Positions 16,075-25,212 of a stretch of DNA of 64,000 nucleotides are shown here, piece after piece (the stretch's first letter is position 1; the number at the start of each line of letters is the position of its first letter). The notes under the pieces are model-generated. The model did not search any database and had not been told where the DNA came from. It worked only from the letters and a program-made list of their open reading frames with translations. The position numbers and the translations under genes were made by a program. Source of the stretch: Microbacterium sp. (GTDB taxonomy: Bacteria > Actinomycetota > Actinomycetes > Actinomycetales > Microbacteriaceae); NCBI RefSeq assembly GCF_048259935.1, contig NZ_JBLXHF010000008.1:25631-89630 (forward strand). The letters are read 5' to 3'.

Positions 16075-16853
16075 GCCGGAGGAAGCGCGTCGCGCACGGA
16101 ATTGCGCAGGATGCCGATGCCTGAGACCTCGACCTCGACGGTGTCGCCAGCGACGAAGGGCCCGACACCCGCCGGGGTGCCGGTGAGAATGACGTCTCCA
16201 GGCAGCAGGGTGAAGACCGCAGAGGCGTACTCGATGATCTCGTCGACGGAGTGGATCAGGTCGCTGAGCGGCGCGCTCTGGCGCACTTCGCCATTCACAC
16301 GGGTCTCGAGCGTGGCATCCGTCGGGTCGAACTCCGTCTCGATGACCGGCCCCAGCGGGCAGAAGGTGTCAAAGCCCTTGCCACGCGTCCACTGCCCGTC
16401 CTTCTGCTGCAGGTCACGCGCAGTGACGTCGTTGCCCACCGTGTAGCCGAACACGTAGTCCTGGGCGTTCTCCGCCTTCACGTTCTTGGCAATACGGCCG
16501 ATCACGACGGCGAGCTCACCTTCGTAATCGGTGCGCTCGGACAGCGACGGACGCACGATCGTGTCGCCGGGACCGATCACCGACGTGTTGGGCTTGAGGA
16601 AGAGCAGCGGCTCTTCAGGAGCTGCTCCCCCCATCTCGGCGGCGTGATCGTGGTAGTTCTTACCGACGCAGACAACCTTCGAGCGCGGAATCACCGGTGC
16701 GAGCAGAGCTGCATCCGCAAGCGGAACACGCTCGCCCGTCGTGTCGAACCCGGCGAACATCGGGTCACCGGCGAGCACGACGAGCTCGTTCTCCTCCTCG
16801 TCGAGGATGCCGTACTGGATAGCGTCATTGTGGCTGAATCGCGCGATCTTCAC
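16071..16853 (-). CDS. Fumarylacetoacetate hydrolase (FAH) family protein
   Basis: 260 aa. It contains [17 protein letters not shown]...PLLFLKP...[11 protein letters not shown]...[14 protein letters not shown]...[11 protein letters not shown]...[16 protein letters not shown]. Confidence 0.85.
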   Translation of the reverse strand: MKIARFSHNDAIQYGILDEEENELVVLAGDPMFAGFDTTGERVPLADAALLAPVIPRSKVVCVGKNYHDHAAEMGGAAPEEPLLFLKPNTSVIGPGDTIVRPSLSERTDYEGELAVVIGRIAKNVKAENAQDYVFGYTVGNDVTARDLQQKDGQWTRGKGFDTFCPLGPVIETEFDPTDATLETRVNGEVRQSAPLSDLIHSVDEIIEYASAVFTLLPGDVILTGTPAGVGPFVAGDTVEVEVSGIGILRNSVRDALPPA

Positions 16854-16880
16854 TCGCTCAGCCTATTCCCCTCTGCCGAC

Positions 16881-16991
16881 GTTCTCACCTCCCCCACCTC
16901 ACCCCCTACTTCGCCGAGACCCCAGCTTGCAGCCGAGACCCCCGCGTATCAGCGGCGCGAACGAGGGGTCTCGGCGAGAGCCAGGGGTCTC
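16881..16991. repeat. Nested-palindrome element (GAGACCCC x2 ... GGGGTCTC x2 plus a G-rich tail), left copy, in inverted orientation relative to 18087..18199
   Basis: The reverse complement reads GAGACCCCTG-8 nt-CGAGACCCC-22 nt-GGGGTCTCGGC-6 nt-CTGGGGTCTCGGCGAAG...GAGGTGGG...GAGAAC. This is the same block order and the same 8/22-nt spacers as the right copy. Confidence 0.8.
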
Positions 16992-17011
16992 AGTGGCTTA
17001 ATCCGGCGAGC

Positions 17012-18007
17012 TCAACCCGGCGGAGCGAGCCCGAACGCTGCGAGGCGGGCACCAAGAGCGTCAGCGGACGCAATATGAGCACCGCCCCATCGACGGACGC
17101 CCCATCCCGTGACACCACGGATGTCGTCCTCGCGCCATTTCTCGGCCAGGACGGCCTCAGCGGGGGTGGGCGCAGTGCGCAGGTCGGACTCGAGGTACTT
17201 GCCCTCACCATCGAACTCGCCGAAGTTTCGGGAGCGCGGAAACCCGAAATCCAAGAAGTACCGATCCCCCTCTGAGCCTGTCACAGGCACTTGCAGCATC
17301 AGGTCGCGGAACCCGAGTCGCCACAGCTGAAGTCGACTGACACTCTCACCCGGCAGTTGCGCGCGTCCGTCGGCGAAATCCGCCGTCCAGCGCACTCGCC
17401 GGACACCTCGCAGTCCCGGTTTCGCCAGCCGCAGCAGCTGTTCTTTCCATCCGGCTGCGGCGTCAGCATCCTGCCGATGGTTTGACACCGCCACCGATCT
17501 GACTGCCGCATCCGCTGCAGATACCGCGGCTTCCATCGACATGGTCCGCGCCAGATCGAACACGGTTCGCGCCAGAGACGTGCAGCGAAACCCGTGGCGT
17601 ACGACGATATCCTCCTCGGCCACCTCGATGTCATGTCGAGCAATCCCCGATACGGAGCGCGTGTGGCGTGTCCCTGTGATGAGGGTGTGGACGACGGCAT
17701 CCTCAGCGCGGTAGATCGGCAAGCCCCAGAGCACCGCCGCGGACAGCTGCATGAACACGGGTCCCGGTCGAGGACTTGAACGTGCGTGCGCGATCACCCG
17801 CAGCAGGTGTTGCCCCTCACTCCACAGATCCCTCCAGGTCGCGCCATCGACGTAGTAGCCACGATGAACGCGCACGAACGTGCCCACGGAAAGGAGCTCC
17901 CGCAGCTGTCGCTCGGTGATCCCAGTGCTCAAAACGTCAGCGCGCGTTCTCAGCAGCGCATCGGCTTGATCGAAGGTGAGTCGTCTCGGCATCCCGCGAG
18001 TATGCAC
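17012..18007 (-). CDS. AbiEi-like N-terminal HTH plus DUF559/Vsr-like (PD-(D/E)xK) C-terminal domain protein
   Basis: 331 aa. The N-terminus is ...LSTGITERQLRELLSVGTFVRVHRGYYV. The C-terminus is PGESVSRLQLWRLGF...QVPV...DRYFLDFGFPRSRNFGEFDGEGKY...EKWREDDIRGVTGWGVRRW, the pattern of the abundant actinobacterial DUF559-type proteins. Confidence 0.6.
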   Translation of the reverse strand: MHTRGMPRRLTFDQADALLRTRADVLSTGITERQLRELLSVGTFVRVHRGYYVDGATWRDLWSEGQHLLRVIAHARSSPRPGPVFMQLSAAVLWGLPIYRAEDAVVHTLITGTRHTRSVSGIARHDIEVAEEDIVVRHGFRCTSLARTVFDLARTMSMEAAVSAADAAVRSVAVSNHRQDADAAAGWKEQLLRLAKPGLRGVRRVRWTADFADGRAQLPGESVSRLQLWRLGFRDLMLQVPVTGSEGDRYFLDFGFPRSRNFGEFDGEGKYLESDLRTAPTPAEAVLAEKWREDDIRGVTGWGVRRWGGAHIASADALGARLAAFGLAPPG

Positions 18008-18086
18008 CCCGCGTCACCGCCCCACTCGCTCCTCCACAGCCCGCGTCTGTTCATTTGCGATGTGCAGAACCAGTCGCGCTGGCGGC

Positions 18087-18199
18087 GAGACCCCTGATAG
18101 ACGTCGAGACCCCGTCGTATGGGTGTCCATACGACGGGGTCTCGGCAGGAACTGGGGGTCTCGGCGAAGGGGGCGGAGGTGGGCGAAGGGGGCGAGAAC
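18087..18199. repeat. Nested-palindrome element, right copy (abuts the ilvE stop codon)
   Basis: GAGACCCCTG-8 nt-CGAGACCCC-22 nt (itself a hairpin, gtcgtatgg/ccatacgac)-GGGGTCTCGGC-5 nt-CTGGGGGTCTCGGCGAAG...GGAGGTGGG...GAGAAC. Confidence 0.8.
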
Positions 18200-19300
18200 T
18201 CAGGCGTCGAGCCTGTAGAGCCAGCCGTGCTTGTCGGTCGCGCGCCCGTACTGGATGTCGGTGAGCTCTTCGCGCAGCGAGAGAGCGAGGTCACCGGTCG
18301 GCTGCTCCTCTTCGAAGTCAGCCGTGACAAGAGCACCGATCGGTGTGACGACTGCGGCAGTGCCACACGCGAACACCTCGATGATGTCGCCCGATGCCAC
18401 CCCGTCTCGCCATTCCTGCAGCGAGACAGCCCGGCGCTCGACGGTGTGCCCGCGGTCCTCTGCGAGTTGCAGCAGCGAGTCACGAGTGATGCCCTCGAGG
18501 ATGCTGTCGGACTGGGGGGTGACGATGCGTCCGTCCTTGTACACGAATACGACGTTCATGCCGCCGAGCTCTTCGACGTTGCCGTCCTGGTCGAGGAACA
18601 CGACCTGGTCACAGCCCTTGTCGTAGGCCTCAGCCTGCGGCAAAAGGCTCGACGCGTAGTTGCCGCCCGTCTTCGCCGCCCCCGTGCCGCCCTTGCCCGC
18701 GCGGGTGTAAGTCTCGGACAGCCAGATGCGCACCGGCTTCACTCCGCCCTTGAAGTAAGAGCCGGCAGGGCTGGCGATCAGGTAATACGCGACTTTCTGC
18801 GCCGGGCGAACGCCGAGGAACGCCTCTTTCGCGAACAGGAACGGCCGCAGGTACAGGCTCTGGTCTGCTCCCGACGGCGTCCAGGCACCGTCGACGGCGA
18901 TGAGTTCGCGCAGCGACTGCAGGAAGTACTCGGTCGGAAGCTCTGGGAGTGCCATCCGGCGGGCGCTGCGCTGCATGCGCTCTGCGTTCGCCTGAGGGCG
19001 GAAGGTATAGATCGAACCATCGGCGTGACGATACGCCTTGATCCCTTCGAACACTTCCTGACCGTAGTGCAGCACTGCCGCAGCCGGGTCGAGCGCGATC
19101 GGTCCGTAAGGCTGCACCCGGGGACGGTGCCAGCCCCCACGCGTCGACCAACAGATATCGACCATGTGGTCGGTGAAGACCGTGCCGAATCCGGGGTTCT
19201 TGAGAGCCTCTTCGCGCTCAGCGGGAGCCTTGGCGGCGAGGTTCTTGGTCACAGCGAACTCGAGCGGGGCGAGTTCGGTTTCGATCGGTGTCATTGTCAC
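18200..19300 (-). CDS. ilvE: Branched-chain amino acid aminotransferase
   Basis: 366 aa. It contains GFGTVFTDHMV...YGQEVFEGIKAYR...RPFLFA...GGTGAAKTGGNYASSL. The start is GTG at 19300 or ATG at 19294. Confidence 0.95.
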   Translation of the reverse strand: MTMTPIETELAPLEFAVTKNLAAKAPAEREEALKNPGFGTVFTDHMVDICWSTRGGWHRPRVQPYGPIALDPAAAVLHYGQEVFEGIKAYRHADGSIYTFRPQANAERMQRSARRMALPELPTEYFLQSLRELIAVDGAWTPSGADQSLYLRPFLFAKEAFLGVRPAQKVAYYLIASPAGSYFKGGVKPVRIWLSETYTRAGKGGTGAAKTGGNYASSLLPQAEAYDKGCDQVVFLDQDGNVEELGGMNVVFVYKDGRIVTPQSDSILEGITRDSLLQLAEDRGHTVERRAVSLQEWRDGVASGDIIEVFACGTAAVVTPIGALVTADFEEEQPTGDLALSLREELTDIQYGRATDKHGWLYRLDA

Positions 19301-19339
19301 ATCCTGCGTTCGTTGCGGCGGCGCTCGCGTGCGTCCAGA

Positions 19340-20389
19340 TTACGCCTGAAGCTTTGCGATGATGGCGTCGCCGACCTGTGTGGTTGTCCTCGAGCCGTCC
19401 CGTTCGGAGATGTCGGCTTCCACCGCGCTGGCGATTCGAGCGGCTTCCTCGGTGAGCCCGAGATGATCGAGCAGCAGTGATGCCGACAGGATCGCCGCAG
19501 TGGGGTCAGCCTTCTGCTGCCCTGCGATGTCAGGGGCCGAACCGTGAACGGGTTCGAAGATCGAGGGGAATTCGCCTGAGGGGTTGATGTTGCCCGATGC
19601 GGCGAGGCCGATGCCACCGGTGACGGCACCTGCCAGATCCGTGAGGATGTCACCGAAGAGGTTGTCGGTGACGATCACATCGAAGCGGGACGGGTTCGTG
19701 ACCAAGAAGATCGTCGCCGCGTCGACGTGCAGATAGTCTACGGCCACGCCAGGATGCTCCGCAGCCACTTCGTTCACAATGCGCTGCCACATCCCTCCAG
19801 CGTTCACGAGCACGTTCGTCTTGTGCACGAGGGTCAGCGTGCGCCGCCGGCGTTCTGCGAGCTCGAACGCGTGGCGAACCAAGCGCTCGACGCCGTAGGC
19901 GGTGTTGACGCTGGTCTCGATGGCGACCTCGTGCACGGTACCGCTGCGGATCACACCGCCGTTGCCCGTGTAGGGCCCTTCAGTACCTTCACGAACGACG
20001 ACGAAGTCGATCTCTCCCGGGTTGGAGAGCGGCCCGGGAGCACCGGCGTACAGCTTCGACGGCCGCAGGTTCACGTAGTGGTCGAGAGAGAACCGCAGCT
20101 TCAGGAGCAGATCGCGTTCGATGCTGACGTTCTTCAGTCGCGGGTCACCGGGCTGTCCGCCGACAGCACCGAGCAGCACGGCATCCTGTGCCTTGATCGA
20201 TGCGAGGTCCTCGTCGGTGAGGATGTCGCCGGTCTCGAGGTAGCGCGCTGCTCCCAGCACGAAGCGAGTCTTCTCGAAGGTCACATCGCTGTGTGCGGTG
20301 ACTGTGTCGAGAACGCGTTCGGCCTCAGCAATAACCTCTGGACCGATTCCATCGCCAGGGATGATTGCCAGCTTCACAACACGCGACAT
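19340..20389 (-). CDS. leuB: 3-isopropylmalate dehydrogenase
   Basis: Met17 of ORF 19340..20437 has AAGGAG 6 nt upstream. It contains [14 protein letters not shown]...LLGAVGG...NLRP...[11 protein letters not shown]...[26 protein letters not shown]. Confidence 0.95.
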   Translation of the reverse strand: MSRVVKLAIIPGDGIGPEVIAEAERVLDTVTAHSDVTFEKTRFVLGAARYLETGDILTDEDLASIKAQDAVLLGAVGGQPGDPRLKNVSIERDLLLKLRFSLDHYVNLRPSKLYAGAPGPLSNPGEIDFVVVREGTEGPYTGNGGVIRSGTVHEVAIETSVNTAYGVERLVRHAFELAERRRRTLTLVHKTNVLVNAGGMWQRIVNEVAAEHPGVAVDYLHVDAATIFLVTNPSRFDVIVTDNLFGDILTDLAGAVTGGIGLAASGNINPSGEFPSIFEPVHGSAPDIAGQQKADPTAAILSASLLLDHLGLTEEAARIASAVEADISERDGSRTTTQVGDAIIAKLQA

Positions 20390-20449
20390 GCGTACTCCTT
20401 GCATCGGGTTTCCCGCGCACAACGACGGGCAGATCATCCCAGCGTACTG

Positions 20450-21985
20450 TCAGCGCGGACGTGCCACACGCAATGTGGCAGCGGCGATCACTGCGGCGAT
20501 GACGACCAGTGCGGCACCGATCAGAGCGGTGATGGTCACCCCGGAATCGAAGGCGGCTGCTGCCGCGGTCCACAGTGAACTGCGAAGCGGTTCATCAAGC
20601 TGCTGCGCGGCCGTATAGGCACCTGCGAGAGTCTCGCGCGCTGTCGCCGCCGCATCCGCGGGGATGGCTTCTGGAATGACGAGAGCGCCCCGGTAGAACG
20701 CCGTGATGATTCCCCCGAGCACCGCGGTCCCGAGTACGGCGCCGAGTTCGTACGCCGTCTCGGAGACTGCACTGGCGGCACCCGCTTTCGAGGCGGGGGC
20801 ACTCGAGAGAATCAGCTCGTTGGAGATCGTCTCGGCCGCGCCGATTCCGATCCCCAGCACCACGAATGCCAGCACGAGCGGCATCACGCCATGACCTTCG
20901 GTCGTGAACGCCACCAGGATGTAGCCGATCACGGAGAACGCGAGGGCTGCGGGCACGACGATGTGCGGAGGCACCCGGCGCGAGATCGGGACCACCGTCA
21001 GCCCGGCCACGATGACCGCGATCATGCCGGGAACGAGAGCGAGTCCTGCCAGCATCGGCGACATCCCCAGCACGAGCTGAAGATGTTGCGGCACGAAGTA
21101 CAGGAATCCGACCAGCGCCACCACGCTCAACAGGTTCACCAGGATCGCACCGGAGAACGTCCCCCGACGGAACAGGGCCATGTCGAGCATCGGGATCGGT
21201 GCGCGAAGCTGGCGGCGCACGAACAGCACGCCCATGACGATGCCCCCCAGCGCCCACGCGGCGCCGATCAGCGTCGGGCCGTCCACAGCGAAGGACTTGA
21301 TGGCGTAGACGACCGGAATCATCGCGGCCATCGAGAGCAGGATGCTGATCGGGTCGATCCGCCCCGGATTCGGGTCGCGGCTCTCTGGCACGAGCAGCGG
21401 CGCGGCGATCAGAAGCGGAATAAGCACCGGCACGGCGATGAGGAACACAGATCCCCACCCGAAGTGCTCCAGCAGAAAACCGCCGACGATCGGACCGAGC
21501 GCTGACCCCGCAGAGAATGCGGATGCCCAGACAGCGATGGCCATGCGGCGCTGGTCTCGGTTCTGGAAGATCGAGCGCAGCAGCGACAGAGTCGACGGCA
21601 TGAGCATCGCCCCGAAGAATCCGAGCATCACACGCGCCGCGATCAGGAGCCCAGCGGTCGGGGCGAACGCGGCGAGCACCGAGACTGCCGCGAATCCGGT
21701 CGCGCCGACCAGAAGCATCCGTCGGCGTCCGAACCGGTCGCCGAGCGTTCCCATCGTCACCAGGAGCCCCGCCAGCACGAGCGGGTAGGCGTCGATGATC
21801 CACAGCTGCTGCGCACCGGAAGGCGCAAGAGCCAGCGAGATCTCGGGCAGCGCGAAGCTCAGGACGGTGTTGTCGACAGAGACGAGCAGCACAGGGAGCA
21901 TGAGGACGACGAGCGCCAGCCATCCGCGCGCGCCTGCGCGCGGTGCGTTGAAGCCAGCGGTGTCCGTCGACGGAGAGTTGGTCAT
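20450..21985 (-). CDS. MFS transporter, DHA2 (14-TM, EmrB/QacA-like) drug/H+ antiporter type
   Basis: Met61 of ORF 20450..22165 gives MTNSPSTDTAGFNAPRAGARGWLALVVLMLPVLLVSVDNTVLSFALP.... It contains the GTLGDRFGRRR motif and is divergent from a TetR gene. Confidence 0.85.
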   Translation of the reverse strand: MTNSPSTDTAGFNAPRAGARGWLALVVLMLPVLLVSVDNTVLSFALPEISLALAPSGAQQLWIIDAYPLVLAGLLVTMGTLGDRFGRRRMLLVGATGFAAVSVLAAFAPTAGLLIAARVMLGFFGAMLMPSTLSLLRSIFQNRDQRRMAIAVWASAFSAGSALGPIVGGFLLEHFGWGSVFLIAVPVLIPLLIAAPLLVPESRDPNPGRIDPISILLSMAAMIPVVYAIKSFAVDGPTLIGAAWALGGIVMGVLFVRRQLRAPIPMLDMALFRRGTFSGAILVNLLSVVALVGFLYFVPQHLQLVLGMSPMLAGLALVPGMIAVIVAGLTVVPISRRVPPHIVVPAALAFSVIGYILVAFTTEGHGVMPLVLAFVVLGIGIGAAETISNELILSSAPASKAGAASAVSETAYELGAVLGTAVLGGIITAFYRGALVIPEAIPADAAATARETLAGAYTAAQQLDEPLRSSLWTAAAAAFDSGVTITALIGAALVVIAAVIAAATLRVARPR

Positions 21986-22010
21986 GAGTTCCTCATCAGA
22001 GATGACGATC

Positions 22011-22044
22011 CTGTTACTAAACCGTCCGGCTGGTATAGTAACAG
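22011..22044. promoter_or_regulatory. Candidate TetR operator: 13-bp inverted repeat CTGTTACTAAACC / GGTATAGTAACAG with an 8-nt spacer
   Basis: 12 of 13 positions are complementary. It lies in the 61-bp divergent intergenic region between the MFS start (21985) and the TetR start (22047). Confidence 0.5.
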
Positions 22045-22046
22045 AT

Positions 22047-22589
22047 ATGTCCCGCCCTCCCCTGGCACGCGAACGCGTCCTCGACGCCTTCGAAGCGATC
22101 CTCGTCGAGGGCGGCGAACGAACGGCCACTCTGGAGGCCACCGCGAAATCGGCGGGAGTGTCCAAGGGCGGGCTGCTTTACCACTTCGCTTCGAAGGACG
22201 ACCTCGCTGCGGGCATGATCACACGCCTTGAGCGTCTCGTCGAAGCAGACCTCGAAGAGATGGCTGCGGCATCCGAGGGCCCTGTCGCGTACTACATCCG
22301 CACATCCGTCATGGAGAACGAGCCGCTCGACCGTGCGCTCATCGCCGTCTCTCGCCTCGCTCAGGGCGGATCACCCAGCGCTGTGCGCGCACTGCGCGAC
22401 ACCCGGCGCAGCTGGGGCGAAGCGATCAGGCCGCATGTGCGCGACGAGACCGCACTCGACCTCGTACTCCTCGTCAGCGACGGGCTGTACTTCAACAATT
22501 CACTCGACGCGCAGGGCCTTGAACCGCTGGTCCCCCGCGATGCCGAGCTGCGCGCGCTCGTCGATCTGGTGACGCGCGCAGCCACCTGA
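22047..22589 (+). CDS. TetR/AcrR-family transcriptional regulator
   Basis: Met85 of ORF 21795..22589 gives MSRPPLARERVLDAFEAILVEGGERTATLEATAKSAGVSKGGLLYHFASKDDL, a canonical TetR N-terminal HTH. Confidence 0.85.
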   Translation: MSRPPLARERVLDAFEAILVEGGERTATLEATAKSAGVSKGGLLYHFASKDDLAAGMITRLERLVEADLEEMAAASEGPVAYYIRTSVMENEPLDRALIAVSRLAQGGSPSAVRALRDTRRSWGEAIRPHVRDETALDLVLLVSDGLYFNNSLDAQGLEPLVPRDAELRALVDLVTRAAT

Positions 22590-22595
22590 GTCGGC

Positions 22596-24200
22596 TCAGA
22601 CCTCGGCGATCTCGATCTGCTTCATGACCTTGGCCTCGATAGCCTCGCCGACCTCGTCGAGCAGCTCATCCGGAACCCGGGAGTCGACGGTGAGAACGGT
22701 GAGCGCCTCGCCACCGGCGGCACGGCGCGCGACCTGCATGCCTGCGATGTTGATGCCTGCGTCACCGAATTTCTGGCCGTAGATCGCGACGATGCCGGGA
22801 CGATCGATGTACTGCATGACGATGTGGTTCGTCTCGATCGGAACCTCGATGTCGTGACCGTTGATGCCGACGATCTTCTCCACCATTCGGGTGCCTGCGA
22901 GGGTCCCCGCGACAGAGAGAACAGTGCCGTCGGCGAGGGCGCCGCGAAGCGTGGTGAGGTTGCGGTACTCGGGGCTTTCCTTCTCGACGATCAGACGCGT
23001 TTCGATGCCGCGCTGTTCGGCGAACAGCGGTGCGTTGACGTAGGAGACGTTCTCGCTGACCACGTTGGAGAGAATGCCCTTGAGGGCTGCGAGCTTGTAC
23101 ACGCTCACGTCGTACTCTGCGAGCTCGCCGCGAACCTCGATGTCGAGCGTCGTGACCGCCGAACCTGCCAGTCCGCTGAAGACCTGACCGAGCTTCTCGA
23201 CCAGCGCGATTCCAGGACGCACGAACGGGTCGATCACGCCACCGGCGACGTTCACCGCATCCGGTACGAGGTCTCCCTCGAGCGCGAGCCTGACCGAGCG
23301 GGCCACCGAAACGCCGGCCTTCTCCTGCGCGTCGTCCGTCGAGGCTCCCAGGTGGGGTGTGACGACGACGTTCGGCAGCGCGAGCAGGTCGTGTGCAGAA
23401 CCGCCCTCTGCAGGAGGCTCCGAGGTGAACACGTCGAGGCCGGCTCCGGCGATCTCGCCGTTCTGCAGAGCAGTGCGCAGTGCGACCTCGTCGATCAGGC
23501 CGCCACGGGCGACGTTGATGACGTACGCCGTGTTCTTCATCGCAGTGAACTGCTCTGCACCGATCATGCCCGCCGTCTCGGGGGTCTTCGGCATGTGAAT
23601 GGTGAGGAAGTCGACCTCGGCGACGAGCTCATCAAGGGTGCGCAGCTCGACACCGAGCTGCTGGGCGCGAGCGCTTGTCACGTAGGGGTCGTACGCCACG
23701 ATCTTCATGCCGAACGACTGCATGCGCGCAGCGACCAGCGCACCGATTCGACCGAGACCGACGATACCGAGCGTCTTCTCGAACAGCTCGGTTCCGGTGT
23801 ACGAGCTGCGCTTCCACGCTCCGCCTGCGAGCGATGCATTAGCAGCCGGTACGTGGCGGGCCAGGCTCAGGATGTGAGCGCAGGTGAGCTCCGCGGCAGA
23901 GATGATGTTCGAGGTCGGGGCGTTGACCACCATGACCCCAGCCTTGGTCGACGCCGGGATATCGACGTTGTCGAGGCCGACACCGGCACGGGCGATCACC
24001 TTGAGCTTGGGAGCGTGGCCGAGAGCCTCCGCATCCATCTTCGTCGCCGAGCGCACCAGAACCGCGTCTGCATCTGCCAGCGCTGAGAACAGCGCTTCCC
24101 GATCCGTGCCGTCCACCTGCCGGACGTCGAAATCGGGGCCGAGCGCCTCGATCGTTGCGGGTGAGAGGACTTCGGCAATGAGCACGACGGGCTTTGGCAC
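22596..24200 (-). CDS. serA: D-3-phosphoglycerate dehydrogenase (long form with ASB/ACT domains)
   Basis: 534 aa. It contains KVIARAGVGLDNVD...GIVGLGRIGALVA...NVARGGLIDE...VTPHLGAST. Confidence 0.95.
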   Translation of the reverse strand: MPKPVVLIAEVLSPATIEALGPDFDVRQVDGTDREALFSALADADAVLVRSATKMDAEALGHAPKLKVIARAGVGLDNVDIPASTKAGVMVVNAPTSNIISAAELTCAHILSLARHVPAANASLAGGAWKRSSYTGTELFEKTLGIVGLGRIGALVAARMQSFGMKIVAYDPYVTSARAQQLGVELRTLDELVAEVDFLTIHMPKTPETAGMIGAEQFTAMKNTAYVINVARGGLIDEVALRTALQNGEIAGAGLDVFTSEPPAEGGSAHDLLALPNVVVTPHLGASTDDAQEKAGVSVARSVRLALEGDLVPDAVNVAGGVIDPFVRPGIALVEKLGQVFSGLAGSAVTTLDIEVRGELAEYDVSVYKLAALKGILSNVVSENVSYVNAPLFAEQRGIETRLIVEKESPEYRNLTTLRGALADGTVLSVAGTLAGTRMVEKIVGINGHDIEVPIETNHIVMQYIDRPGIVAIYGQKFGDAGINIAGMQVARRAAGGEALTVLTVDSRVPDELLDEVGEAIEAKVMKQIEIAEV

Positions 24201-24324
24201 AGGCGGATCCTTCGAGTTGGCGGCACAGCGCGGATGGGATCGATGCGCCGCACACCGTCGGGGGCGCGATCGTGTCCAGACTACCGGAGGCTTGCGTGTG
24301 CTCCGTTCATGTGACGCGCGCAGG

Positions 24325-24660
24325 TCACGACGTCAACGACAGCGGGTTGACCGCGCTGAGGGCGACGACGTTGATCCAGAACACCGCGACCAGCCCGAGC
24401 CCCGCGAGCATCACTGCGCTGAGTTCCAACGCACTACGGCGCCTGCCGAGAGCAAATGCCCCGGCGAACACGAGGACCGGGAACAGCACCGAGAAGATCA
24501 GCACGAACCAGCCATAGGCGTTCAGCCCGAGCTGCGCGAATGTCACGAGATAGGCGATCGCATTCCACACGCCGTACGCGTAGAAGAGCCCCGCGGCACC
24601 GATGATGATCGTCTTCAGAATACCCAGCGAAGACCGGCTCTGCACCGTCTGCTCGCTCAT
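24325..24660 (-). CDS. Small membrane protein (111 aa, about 3 TM), unknown function
   Basis: Met76 of ORF 24325..24885 gives MSEQTVQSRSSLGILKTIIIGAAGLFYAYGVW.... Its ATG overlaps the TGA of the upstream gene (ATGA at 24657-24660). Confidence 0.55.
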   Translation of the reverse strand: MSEQTVQSRSSLGILKTIIIGAAGLFYAYGVWNAIAYLVTFAQLGLNAYGWFVLIFSVLFPVLVFAGAFALGRRRSALELSAVMLAGLGLVAVFWINVVALSAVNPLSLTS

Positions 24661-25139
24661 GCTCCCACCGCCCCTGTCATCACGAATGGCCATGGCACGA
24701 GCAGCGCAACACCCACGAGGAGCCAAAGGATGCGCTGCCAGGATGGCGAGCGACGAGTGAGCAGCCACACCGCGGTGAACCACAGCGCCGGCGCCAGCAC
24801 CGCAGCCCAGACCCCGACCTGGTACATCACGTTCGGGATGAGGAAGAGCGCGCCCACCTGCAGTCGGAAACCGCCGATGACCCATCCGATCGTGTAGAGC
24901 AGATAGATCCCGCCGACGATCCCCACCAGCAGCAGCATCGGAGTACTCAGCGCGGGCTGTTCCTCCGAGTCAGCGAAGGCGCCGTCGGAATCGGAATGCT
25001 CGACCGTCGTGCTGTCTCTGCCGACGGCCTTCCACCCCTTCGGAAGCTGCGGCTCGCGCTCGGGCTCGGCCGCGCTCTTCCGATCTGGGTGATCGTTATC
25101 GCCATCCCAGGAGAGAGCGTCGTCCGCATCCGATGTCAT
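24657..25139 (-). CDS. Membrane protein (160 aa; acidic N-terminus then about 4 TM), unknown function
   Basis: Met78 of ORF 24657..25370 gives MTSDADDALSWDGDNDHPDRK..., followed by hydrophobic helices. Confidence 0.55.
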   Translation of the reverse strand: MTSDADDALSWDGDNDHPDRKSAAEPEREPQLPKGWKAVGRDSTTVEHSDSDGAFADSEEQPALSTPMLLLVGIVGGIYLLYTIGWVIGGFRLQVGALFLIPNVMYQVGVWAAVLAPALWFTAVWLLTRRSPSWQRILWLLVGVALLVPWPFVMTGAVGA

Positions 25140-25212
25140 GGCTCCAGCGTAGCCACCCGCAGGTGCTGCCGATATGCTCAGGGAGTTCACAGCATCACAA
25201 GGGAGATCCACC

